64,000 nucleotides of DNA from Candidatus Heimdallarchaeota archaeon. Lineage in GTDB: Archaea; Asgardarchaeota; Heimdallarchaeia; Heimdallarchaeales; Heimdallarchaeaceae. Positions 1 to 8,754 of this stretch are shown here, piece by piece. The stretch is from the NCBI GenBank assembly GCA_019057815.1, contig JAHLWR010000009.1:64001-128000 (forward strand). The letters are read 5' to 3'. A program made the position numbers and the translations under genes. The notes below the pieces were generated by a model. It did no database searches, was not told the origin of the DNA, and was given only the letters and a program-made list of their open reading frames with translations. Position 1 is the first letter of the stretch, and each line of letters starts with the position of its first letter.

Positions 1-58
1 CATACTCTGAAAAACCTAACATCTTCAATTTATCCACTAAATCAGTTTGTTTGCTCAT
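1..58 (-). CDS. TrmB-family HTH transcriptional regulator, N-terminal fragment (runs off window)
   Basis: Hand translation of minus strand from ATG at 58: MSKQTDLVDKLKMLGFSEY, matching the TrmB N-terminal LxxLG(L/F)SEYE pattern. Confidence 0.6.
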   Translation of the reverse strand, partial: MSKQTDLVDKLKMLGFSEY

Positions 59-128
59 CTTCAATATACTTTTGAAAGGCTACATTTATAAAGGTGTTCA
101 TTTACTACTAAGGTAGTAACTAAAAATA

Positions 129-1571
129 TTGGTGAAAAAAATGGCTCGTAGAGATGTTAAATACTTAAATGGATTGGCAATAGTTTCAATAGTTTTTATT
201 GCTATTACAGTAATTCCTATTGGAATCTTCGCAGGTATCGTTTTTAGTAATGGAGGGATTATGACCCAAGAATATTCCGTGGATCCGTATTCATATAACG
301 TTTTTCAAATAGACAATGATGGTCAAATTCTCTTTGCATACATGAAACATGGTGATTCTTATGATTATGATATATACGTACTCTCATATAATTCTTATAT
401 GTTTTGGGATAAAGAAAATGTTAGTACGATAGACGAGTTCGCATATCATTTTGACAGTTTCCGCGCTTTCAAGTTTATAGAAGGTGATTCTGTAGGTGAC
501 TACTATGTAATTGTTTTCAATAATGCTAGTGGTACTATGGAAATACAGATGTTTGTACTTACTACACACAAAGCTATAATGATTACAGTGGGTATTTTAG
601 GCATAATTTGCGCCTTCTTCACAGCTATTATGGTTTTGCTAACTCTTGGCTACTTCATTAAATATCTGATCATCTGGCCCATAACAGGTTCAGGAAGAAC
701 CTATGATTACAGATCGAATGGTTATGACAGAAGAGATCGCGATAGGAGGACAAGAGACAAATACTACAGATATTCCCCACCCTCCGAAAAGACTGCACTT
801 AAAAAAGAAGTTGTTGCACCTGGAGCTGCTCCTGCCGCACCTTCTAGACCTAGCCCACCAGCTCGAACTCGTCACAGATATGAATCAAAACCTTTACTTC
901 CAGCTATAGAAAACATATCTCCAAATTATGTTAAAGCTAGTGGAAGCAAAGAATATCCCAAGAAAAAACATCGATTTATTAATAGGGTTGAAGAAACATG
1001 GGATCAAACTTACTTAGCTGAAAGAGTTCTTTCAGTGATTGCCTTATTCTTCTTCATTCTTGGTCTTGTTGTAACGAATTGGTTCTTAATCGCTGTTGTT
1101 CCACTAACTTTGGTTGGTATAACAATCATCGTTTTCTTTGCAAATCGAAATCGACGCGACAAAGTGATAAGAATGGTTAAAGGAAACAAAGCAATTTACT
1201 TGCGTGACCTTGCCAAATTACTAAACACTTCAACAGAATTCGTAAGAAGCGATACTTGGAAAATCATTAATCTTGGACTTGCACCTTATGCTTTTGATGT
1301 CGAAAGAGGAATAATATTTGATTACACTCAAGTAGATCCCTCTAAGATTAAGAAGAGTAAACCTGTAGAAAAGAGAGAACCAGTTCAAGAGGATAAACCA
1401 GAAGAAGTACCTACCACAACAGTGCAAAAAGAAAAAGCTCCATCAAAGAAAGATTTTGATGTAGTTAAAGGTCCAAGTGAAGAAATCCTTTGTCCATTCT
1501 GTGACGCCAAGAACCCAGCTGATTCAAGCTTCTGCATCAAATGTGGTGCAAGCATGAAACCTGCTAAATAA
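129..1571 (+). CDS. Multi-pass membrane protein with Pro/Arg-rich linker, possible winged-helix/PCI-like segment and C-terminal zinc ribbon
   Basis: 480 aa ORF; hydrophobic segments; low-complexity linker; C-terminal CPFC...CIKCG. Confidence 0.75.
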   Translation: MVKKMARRDVKYLNGLAIVSIVFIAITVIPIGIFAGIVFSNGGIMTQEYSVDPYSYNVFQIDNDGQILFAYMKHGDSYDYDIYVLSYNSYMFWDKENVSTIDEFAYHFDSFRAFKFIEGDSVGDYYVIVFNNASGTMEIQMFVLTTHKAIMITVGILGIICAFFTAIMVLLTLGYFIKYLIIWPITGSGRTYDYRSNGYDRRDRDRRTRDKYYRYSPPSEKTALKKEVVAPGAAPAAPSRPSPPARTRHRYESKPLLPAIENISPNYVKASGSKEYPKKKHRFINRVEETWDQTYLAERVLSVIALFFFILGLVVTNWFLIAVVPLTLVGITIIVFFANRNRRDKVIRMVKGNKAIYLRDLAKLLNTSTEFVRSDTWKIINLGLAPYAFDVERGIIFDYTQVDPSKIKKSKPVEKREPVQEDKPEEVPTTTVQKEKAPSKKDFDVVKGPSEEILCPFCDAKNPADSSFCIKCGASMKPAK

Positions 1572-1574
1572 CTC

Positions 1575-1600
1575 CTTTTTCTTCTTTTTTATCTTTTTAT
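1575..1600 (+). terminator. Oligo-T tract, probable archaeal terminator between convergent genes
   Basis: ccttttttcttctttttatctttttat directly after the 1571 stop. Confidence 0.4.
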
Positions 1601-3432
1601 CTTACGTGCTCTTCCAGACAACGTATTTCATAATCTTTTTTACCAGAAGAATCGAATTTGTCCAAGTTAGGAGTTATAAATGCGTGATCAAAGAAGTGGC
1701 CACCGACAGTATAATATCTCCACCAAATATTTTTCATAATATTAGCAAGTATTTCATTTTGAATAAGAGCTTCTTTTCTATCCTTGTTCTGCGGTTCTTC
1801 AATTTCTTCATATGAATAGTTAAAATCATCTAAATAATCAATGTTGAAGTATTCTTTCACATTACTATTCATAAGGTGACCTTTAAGCGATTTTAACCAC
1901 ATAATATGGTTTCTTTGCTCTGTATCACCCATAACATCCAATCTTGGTGGAATAAAGATAACACCATATCCCCTAGCTTTTTTGAAATCTTCTGCCATAT
2001 ATATTGTGTAATCTGTTTTTTTCTGTTTTGAATCATGGAAATTAGCTATTGTTCCACTAGAACTCCCAACACAGATATATTGTGTATCTTTCCACTTTGA
2101 CCTCTGATAAATATGGTCATGTCCGAGAAAACATGCATTAACACCATATTTTCTAAAAAGTGGTGTTAGGCATCTTTGAGCTGTTTCATCTGATCCTTTT
2201 CTTGAACTTCCGAAGAAACCCAAAGTAAGAATAGAACTGTGAAGGAAAGCTAAACAAAACTGTGGTCCTTTTTGCTGATGTAACCTTGATCTCCAGTCAG
2301 ATAAATCTTCTTCAACCCACGCCCATAGATCACTATCACATCCCATTTTCTCATTTCCCCATTTATCACCATTTGAATCTATGTAAAGTAAGTGAGCGTT
2401 TCCATGGTCAAAGGAATAGTAATGACCTTCTTTGCCATGTTCTCTTGGTGTGTGGATGAAAGCGTGGAAATGTCTACTAGTTCTTGTTTTTTTATTGCCA
2501 GTCCAATGCCCTCGCCAGAACCCACCTTGGTAGTAATCGTGATTCCCTATTGCTGGAACAAAGGGGACAGATGAGAATAGGGGAGAACAACAATTGAACA
2601 AGTCTGACCAATATTCGTGATAAGAGGCATTTTCAGTATGATCTCCTGAAGAAACTACTAAGTCATAACCATTATTGAAAGTATAATTATTCTGATTTGA
2701 AGTTATATGATCTATTAATTTAACTAATCTCTTATTTTGTCTTGGAAAAAGTCCCCACGCTTTTCCCTTTCGAAACCATGCTCCTTTTCCTCCGTGTAAA
2801 TCAGAAGTTGCAAGAAAGAAGAAAGGACTTTTTAAATCTCTGTGACCTGTTTTCAACCATTTTAATTCTGTCGAAGCGACTAACTTCTTGTTCTCATCAT
2901 AGCATTCTATAACATAATAGTAAAGTGTTTTTTCAGCTAGATTGTTTATATACCCTACAAATAATTGAGGTTTAAAAGAAATGGGATGTTCTGGAAATAA
3001 GGAAGAATGAAGCATAAGGGTTAAACCTATTTCACACTTGTTATGATTAAAAATCCTAATTAGACACGTACCTTTAAGTTTGTAAATTCCTTCTGATCCC
3101 TTATCTTTTTCAACAAAATAATTTAGCCTGTTCTTTTTAATATATCCATAATCAATGTATAACATAAATAACAGCTGAGTTGGATCTTCACTCGGTCGAA
3201 GTAAATATGTTTTATTGAATATAATTGGAGCTTTCAAAGGAATGTAGTTTCCTTGTTCTTCCTCTTCAAAGTGCTTAAGACCAACAAAAGGGAATTTGGT
3301 CAAATTTAATGAAGGAAAATTGTTTTCTTCATATATTTTATCTTCGCTAGCTTCTGCGATTTTTAATTTATAAGAAAGTCTTTTAGTAAATCTAGCTTTT
3401 TTTTCAGGTGGAATAACCTTTACTTGTTTCAT
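1597..3432 (-). CDS. Calcineurin-like metallophosphoesterase (purple acid phosphatase-like)
   Basis: Motifs SDLH, SGD, GNHD, FLH, GHDH. Confidence 0.85.
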   Translation of the reverse strand: MKQVKVIPPEKKARFTKRLSYKLKIAEASEDKIYEENNFPSLNLTKFPFVGLKHFEEEEQGNYIPLKAPIIFNKTYLLRPSEDPTQLLFMLYIDYGYIKKNRLNYFVEKDKGSEGIYKLKGTCLIRIFNHNKCEIGLTLMLHSSLFPEHPISFKPQLFVGYINNLAEKTLYYYVIECYDENKKLVASTELKWLKTGHRDLKSPFFFLATSDLHGGKGAWFRKGKAWGLFPRQNKRLVKLIDHITSNQNNYTFNNGYDLVVSSGDHTENASYHEYWSDLFNCCSPLFSSVPFVPAIGNHDYYQGGFWRGHWTGNKKTRTSRHFHAFIHTPREHGKEGHYYSFDHGNAHLLYIDSNGDKWGNEKMGCDSDLWAWVEEDLSDWRSRLHQQKGPQFCLAFLHSSILTLGFFGSSRKGSDETAQRCLTPLFRKYGVNACFLGHDHIYQRSKWKDTQYICVGSSSGTIANFHDSKQKKTDYTIYMAEDFKKARGYGVIFIPPRLDVMGDTEQRNHIMWLKSLKGHLMNSNVKEYFNIDYLDDFNYSYEEIEEPQNKDRKEALIQNEILANIMKNIWWRYYTVGGHFFDHAFITPNLDKFDSSGKKDYEIRCLEEHVR

Positions 3433-3520
3433 CCCAAATATAAAAAGGAGAATCTTTCCTTATTAATCTTTCTTGTTATTAATAATAAGAAAAAGTAGAG
3501 ATAAATAAGAACTAAGCAAT

Positions 3521-4147
3521 TTACTTCTTCTTTTCTAGCTCTTTATCTATTCTTGCTGCTTCGATGACGAACTCTTTGAATCCTTCAGGTTCTTGACCTT
3601 CTTCTATTGTATAAACAAAAGGCTTTCTTTTTCTTTCAACATCTAATTTTCGGGCAATTTTCCCTGCTTCATACTTTTCTCTAACTTGTGAATCTTTGCC
3701 AATCCAGACATAAATGTCATCCCAAGCATCTAGAACAAAAGTATCTCCAGATTTGAAAGATTTCATCTTAATAGGAACTTCTTTGGTTTCTATTTCACCG
3801 TCATCTTTCTGAATGATTCTTAGAAGTTTGTAATCAATGTCCGCTTTCTTCTCAAAGTGTACTAAGAAACCAGGAGTGTCGCCTTCTACAACTTCAAAAT
3901 CTAAAATGCTTTTGAATTCTTCAGGTTCATCGCCTTCTGAAATAGTTTTGATGAGTAATTCCTTATTTCCTTCTTCAACAACCTTTGCCCCCCATGCCCC
4001 AACAGCTTTATCATCAGCATAGGATTTTGACCCAATCCAAATCCAAACATTCAGAGGTGTAATAACTAGATAAACATCTCCATTGTTGAACTTATAAGGT
4101 TCTTGGAGTTTTTTTAGCTTTTTACGAATAACTTGATAAACATTCAT
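3521..4147 (-). CDS. Two-domain gelsolin-family actin regulator (Asgard 2DGel-like)
   Basis: Two gelsolin repeats: FNNGDVYLV..VWIWIGSKS..K..EGDEPEEF and FKSGDTFVLD..IYVWIGKDS..EK..EEGQEPEGF. Confidence 0.9.
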   Translation of the reverse strand: MNVYQVIRKKLKKLQEPYKFNNGDVYLVITPLNVWIWIGSKSYADDKAVGAWGAKVVEEGNKELLIKTISEGDEPEEFKSILDFEVVEGDTPGFLVHFEKKADIDYKLLRIIQKDDGEIETKEVPIKMKSFKSGDTFVLDAWDDIYVWIGKDSQVREKYEAGKIARKLDVERKRKPFVYTIEEGQEPEGFKEFVIEAARIDKELEKKK

Positions 4148-4199
4148 ATTTTATTATATATTTTTACTATCTTAAAAAAATTGTGAATGTACTTATGAG

Positions 4200-4420
4200 T
4201 TATTTTCCCCACTTTTCCCAGATTGAAGGAAAGTGGAAGACAATTTTGAGGACTCTTCCCAACCCAGGAACGTTTAAGGTCGCATAGCATCAAGCAGTAG
4301 CTTAGGGAGCTTCAAGCTCTGGGATTACACCTCCAACACACAGTGTTAACAGAGGTGAGGGGGTTCATCTCCTCACCGGGACTCATTACTGGAGACTTAT
4401 GTTATTGAGAACCTTAGGTA
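4200..4420 (-). ncRNA. Putative omegaRNA (reRNA) of the TnpB
   Basis: ~200 nt non-coding stretch 3' of tnpB with several hairpins (ggtgagg 4354-4360/cctcacc 4371-4377; aacac/gtgtt 4335-4347; gagct/agctc 4307-4319; ggaaga/tcttcc 4235-4259); canonical position for TnpB RNA. Confidence 0.6.
4202..4224 (+). repeat. Inverted repeat, copy downstream of tnpB
   Basis: attttccccacttttcccagatt vs reverse complement of 5941-5963 attttccccacttttcccacatt (22/23; 19 bp perfect). Confidence 0.9.
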
Positions 4421-5893
4421 CTCACTCCAGCTCCGGGGGTAAGCAGATGACTCTGCTTTGTCTGTAGCCATTGGCTCAAGACAGGGAAGACACGAAAAGA
4501 ACTGAGTGGAAAGAACTTTCCACTAACATGGTCTTTAATGGAGTTATATTTTGGTTGCAGAACGTATTTTATCAGTCTTTTAGCTATATTTTTCGCTCCA
4601 TTTAAGTCTGCATTAAGGTTATACCCACAAGTGTTGCAGATGAATGTAGGTTGGTTGGGACGGATAGTGTGATAGGATTCACAACGAGAACAGTAAGAAG
4701 AGGTCCACGATTCACTGATTGTTAGTATCCTATGCTCCTCCCATCCCTGTAAAGAGAGCTTGAATTTGAGTAATTCTGCCACTCTCCTGTAATTCCATTT
4801 GTGGATACTTTTACGGGAACGAGGGTGGAAGTTACCTCTGAAGTGGCTCTTACGGATATGAAAGGGGAAACCTACAACCACGTAGAGATCATATCTCTTA
4901 CCAACAGAGAGTATATATTTTACTAACTTATTGACATAGGTGTGGTCAGTTAGTTTATATTCAGTTCTTTCTCTCTTTCTGAGTTGTTTTAGTTGGTGGA
5001 GAAGATTTTTTTCTCTTGTTTACAGTCAAGCTAGTTTTAGCTAAAATTTTCTGCAGTTCAGTTATTTTTCTTTCTTTTTCCTTTTGCAATTTTTTTCGTG
5101 TCTTATCAGACCAGAATCTGATCTCATGACGGTTGATAACTCCCTTCGGAGTTAAGAGTGCACTTACTGCACGTTTGTTGATTCCTAAATCTATCCCCAG
5201 CACAGCTGGAGGACGAGGAGAAGCATACTTTTCTGGAATGTGAAGCAAGATGAAATGTACCCACCATTCCTTCTTCATTGGGTAGTAGAGCACTTCGAGT
5301 GCCTGTAATTTCCCTTGTTGTAGGTTATATTCATGATAAGGGGAACAAGCGAGAGGTAACCACAATTTCTCGTGTATGTGAGTTTTGTTCTTCTTTGTAT
5401 CAAAGGAGTCTCTTATCCCTACCCACCATCGGGCAATGGAGTTGGAAGGAGAACAAGTAAGAATAAACCTTTTACTATGGGCTAGCTGTGTACGGGGGAT
5501 TTTTTTTAGTGGAGGATTCTTAGCAGGAGCTGAATTGTTTGCTTGTTGACTGTGGTAGATAGCTACAGCATTCTCTCTACATTCCTGTAACTCATTCTGG
5601 GAGCAGCGAGGAAAGCTCTTTTTCAAATCATGTCTAACTGTAAGTCGATTGTGTAGTTTATTCTTCTTATATGTGGTAAGAGTATGATGGTCTAGTTTTG
5701 CTTTACTCACCTTCTTCTTTCCCTTCTTTTTGTTTACTAGTTGCTCTTCATTGTGATAGATCACTCTTAGGTACTGCTTAATTATTCTTGTATCTCTTCC
5801 CGTAATTTGCTCTAGTCTCTTTCTTTTCCGTGTTGTGATTACTTCTGCTTTAATTCTCACTTTTACAGTCGTTCTCACCCCACTTCTCGTCAT
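4414..5893 (-). pseudogene. tnpB: RNA-guided nuclease TnpB with rearranged (Fanzor-like) RuvC; single +1 frameshift
   Basis: RuvC-I VLGIDLG; RuvC-II region YVVVGFP followed by ISESWTS; Zn finger CSRC..CNTC; RuvC-III NADLNGAKNI. Removing one A from the A7 run (5006-5012) fuses ORFs 4961..5893 and 4414..4881 into 492 aa. Confidence 0.9.
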
Positions 5894-5940
5894 TCTTGAA
5901 TCATTATTTCTATTAGATTTTCCTATAAAAAGCTAACTAG

Positions 5941-5963
5941 AATGTGGGAAAAGTGGGGAAAAT
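5941..5963 (-). repeat. Inverted repeat, copy upstream of tnpB
   Basis: aatgtgggaaaagtggggaaaat, ~48 bp upstream of the tnpB ATG. Confidence 0.9.
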
Positions 5964-6042
5964 CAACCATGCATATTAGTGTTATAAAAATATACAAGCA
6001 AAACAATAAATTTTATAAAATACTTCGTTACAAATCATTTTA

Positions 6043-6909
6043 ATGCGTAAGCCAAAGAAAGAATACTATCTAGAATGGGAAGCTGAGAAGATTTTCATTA
6101 ACTTAAAAAACGGAGCTAAGTTAAGAGTTCTCTATTACCCTGCTATTACGAAATCAGAAAATACTCTCAATATCGTTTATAATTCAGGTTTTAATTCATA
6201 TGTTTTTATCTGGCTCGAATCTGTTGAGGAGCTAAGAAAATATCATAATATTTACTTCATCGAAACAAGAGAAAAAGAATTCTGCGAAATGCCAGATAAC
6301 AATCAAGATTACAGCGTACCTATACTTTCTGAAGATTTTAAATATGCACTTGATGAATTAGGACTAGATATTAGTAAGTGCGTTTTTACGGGGTCATCTA
6401 TCGGTTCTAATGGAATATTACACTCCATGGATAAATATCATTTGAAGCCTTTTTTGGCGGTTTTAGCTACACCAATGGCTCTAATGGAAAGAACTAATCT
6501 TATTGATACGACGCTTTGGATGCCTTATTATGTTGCTCAACTGCTTAAACCGTTTTTATACTTATTAATAACTATAATTTTCAGGAATGACAAATCCCAA
6601 GTAAAAACTATGAAACATGGTGTCAGCAGAATGCTCAAGAAAAAAAGTATGGCATGGCTTAGATTAAATCCTCTAAGTAAACCTTACGTAATGTCTGAAG
6701 AACATACAAAAAATCTTCATTCTCCAATTGTTATTGTAAACCCAGAAGCAGATAAAACTCACGATAGCGGTCTAATGACAAAAATAGAATCTTTTCTTCC
6801 CAAAGCGAAATTTGTAACAGTACCTGTTAATTCTGATACTCATAATAAGCGCTTTGCAAAGATTATCTTGGATGAGATTGAAAATCAAAGAAATAAGAAA
6901 GAGAATTAA
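6043..6909 (+). CDS. Alpha/beta hydrolase
   Basis: Nucleophile elbow GSSIG; late Asp and His candidates (ADKTH, DTH). Confidence 0.7.
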   Translation: MRKPKKEYYLEWEAEKIFINLKNGAKLRVLYYPAITKSENTLNIVYNSGFNSYVFIWLESVEELRKYHNIYFIETREKEFCEMPDNNQDYSVPILSEDFKYALDELGLDISKCVFTGSSIGSNGILHSMDKYHLKPFLAVLATPMALMERTNLIDTTLWMPYYVAQLLKPFLYLLITIIFRNDKSQVKTMKHGVSRMLKKKSMAWLRLNPLSKPYVMSEEHTKNLHSPIVIVNPEADKTHDSGLMTKIESFLPKAKFVTVPVNSDTHNKRFAKIILDEIENQRNKKEN

Positions 6910-6968
6910 GAAGTAGTTTTTAGATGAATTTTAGATAAATTTTAATATGGTCTAAATATAGCATATTT

Positions 6969-7613
6969 ATGGATAATAACAAAGATAATGCTGAACTTCT
7001 ATGGAAGGTTATTATATCCAAAATTAAACCATATTTAACAAGTGATGATCTCGTTTTTTTAGACGCAGATAGATATTCTAAGTTGATTATAAGGTTGAGA
7101 GATATTAAAGAGTTAAACGAAAATGAACTATCTTATGCTAGAAAAAACAGAGATTTAATCCTCTTAAGAATGGGACTGATTCATACAATTCCTGATATGT
7201 CGGATCAAGTCTTGGAATTAGCATTACATCAAGTAGCAGTCCGTTTAGCTAAAACATATTATAGCACTAATGTTGTCGAATCAATAGAAGAAGCTGAAAA
7301 AAAAGTTTTAGACTTGGTCAGAAACATTGGACGTGGAGTTGTTTCAATTAGTTTGAATCCTGAAGAAGGAATTATTGATATGCGTAATGTACTTACTAAA
7401 TATAGCAAAATAACGCTTGATAATGCAAAAGATATTGAAAAGATATTATCTAAGCTTAAAGATGATCTAATGGAAATCGGTGTTGTTGGTTCGGTTCTAC
7501 ATGATATTAGCCAAGTATGTCAACAATTAAGGAAAACTAGAGAAGAAGATTTACCTATGAAATCTGATATTTTGGAATCATCTTATGACTGGCAAGAAAA
7601 AATCTTGAAGTGA
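6969..7613 (+). CDS. Hypothetical protein
   Basis: 214 aa ORF overlapping the next start; no recognised motif. Confidence 0.7.
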   Translation: MDNNKDNAELLWKVIISKIKPYLTSDDLVFLDADRYSKLIIRLRDIKELNENELSYARKNRDLILLRMGLIHTIPDMSDQVLELALHQVAVRLAKTYYSTNVVESIEEAEKKVLDLVRNIGRGVVSISLNPEEGIIDMRNVLTKYSKITLDNAKDIEKILSKLKDDLMEIGVVGSVLHDISQVCQQLRKTREEDLPMKSDILESSYDWQEKILK

Positions 7614-8389
7614 ATAAAATGGATATAGAAGAGAGCAATAACGATGAAAATACGCTAAAAGAGATTCCTAAAGTCAAACAAAACGAGAACAAATCTAATG
7701 ATACTATTAACAACGCTGAAGACGCTAAAAGTAAAAGCGAATCGAAAATATATAAAATATTTCAATTATTTACCTCTAAAATTAAAGAAACAATAAATGT
7801 TGAGCTACTTAGACTTGATATAGAGGTGTGGATTTTAAGTAAGCTCAAAGAAGGTCCAACAATCATTGTGGGTGATAAAATAGCAGGATTTTCAGAAGAA
7901 GTAGCTAATCTTGGAAATAAGGTTGTAGTTAGAGATAGTTCTGTAACATATGTCTCACCTAAAGTAGAAATCGGAAATAAAGAACATCTAGCTCACATAG
8001 ATATGAAACCCTTCAAATTTGAAAAGTTTCTTTCAAGTAGGGATCAGTTTTCTAACATTATTCTTTTCTTTATTCTGAAAAAATTAACAAAAGAAGAAAG
8101 GGTTGAAATATTAACCCACTGCAAAAGGATGTTATTTAGAGAAGGTCAATTGATAGTTGTTGATGAGTTTTATCCTAAAAATGTGCTATTATTGCCCTTT
8201 GTAGTCCTTTTAGAAGCTTTAAAGAGTTTTTATGCTAAAATAAAAGGAAGAAAAATCATCACTCCTTTGAGAAATCTAGAGAAATTGACGAAACAATTGG
8301 ACTTCAAATTCTATGATGTTAAATATGATGGGAATGGGAGAATCAGATCACACGTTCTTACCAAAAGATGGGGAGCTTTAATCAGCTAA
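7610..8389 (+). CDS. Class I SAM-methyltransferase-like protein (degenerate motif I)
   Basis: QFSNIILFFILK..CKRMLFREGQLIVVDE resembles the C-terminal half of methyltransferases; GxGxG absent. Confidence 0.5.
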   Translation: MNKMDIEESNNDENTLKEIPKVKQNENKSNDTINNAEDAKSKSESKIYKIFQLFTSKIKETINVELLRLDIEVWILSKLKEGPTIIVGDKIAGFSEEVANLGNKVVVRDSSVTYVSPKVEIGNKEHLAHIDMKPFKFEKFLSSRDQFSNIILFFILKKLTKEERVEILTHCKRMLFREGQLIVVDEFYPKNVLLLPFVVLLEALKSFYAKIKGRKIITPLRNLEKLTKQLDFKFYDVKYDGNGRIRSHVLTKRWGALIS

Positions 8390-8404
8390 TTACTATTCAT
8401 AATT

Positions 8405-8713
8405 CTAAACAGGATATTTTTTAGCATTTTTCTTTAATTTTGTATGTATAGCTTCTTCCAAATTAACCTCAAGTTCATTGGCTAGTGAAAATAAATAGAT
8501 AGCTACATCAGCTAATTCGTCAGATAAATGATCTTTTTCCTCATCCAATTTATTATAAATTTCATCATCTGATAACCACTGAAGCATCTCAAAAAGTTCT
8601 CCAATCTCAATAATCATAGAAAGAGCTAAATTTTTAGGAGTGTGAAATTTTTTCCATTTCCTTTGATCTCTGAATTTTATAATTTCTTGAGTTATCTCTT
8701 TAATGTTAGTCAC
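8405..8713 (-). CDS. MazG-like nucleotide pyrophosphohydrolase (dCTP pyrophosphatase family)
   Basis: FRDQRKWKKFHTPKNLALS..E.GEL.E..QW..DELADV..KYP. Confidence 0.9.
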   Translation of the reverse strand: MTNIKEITQEIIKFRDQRKWKKFHTPKNLALSMIIEIGELFEMLQWLSDDEIYNKLDEEKDHLSDELADVAIYLFSLANELEVNLEEAIHTKLKKNAKKYPV

Positions 8714-8754
8714 AGAAAAATACGAAAAAGAGGAGTATAAAAACTATTTTCTTT

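Larger units (their letters stand above)
4202..5963 (-). mobile_element. Non-autonomous TnpB-only element bounded by inverted repeats
   Basis: tnpB gene, visibly higher GC than the flanks, 22/23-bp inverted repeat at both ends, no transposase; exact ends uncertain (could extend to 4195/5970). Confidence 0.75.

Noticed and set aside
4414-5893. Calling the TnpB nuclease-dead (TldR) or a Cas12
   Set aside because: Both Asp residues and an alternative Glu are present; no CRISPR array or cas genes nearby
4185-5980. Target-site duplication or IS607 GG core flanking the TnpB element
   Set aside because: No direct repeat at the boundaries tried; GG is present at the upstream end only, so no IS family was assigned
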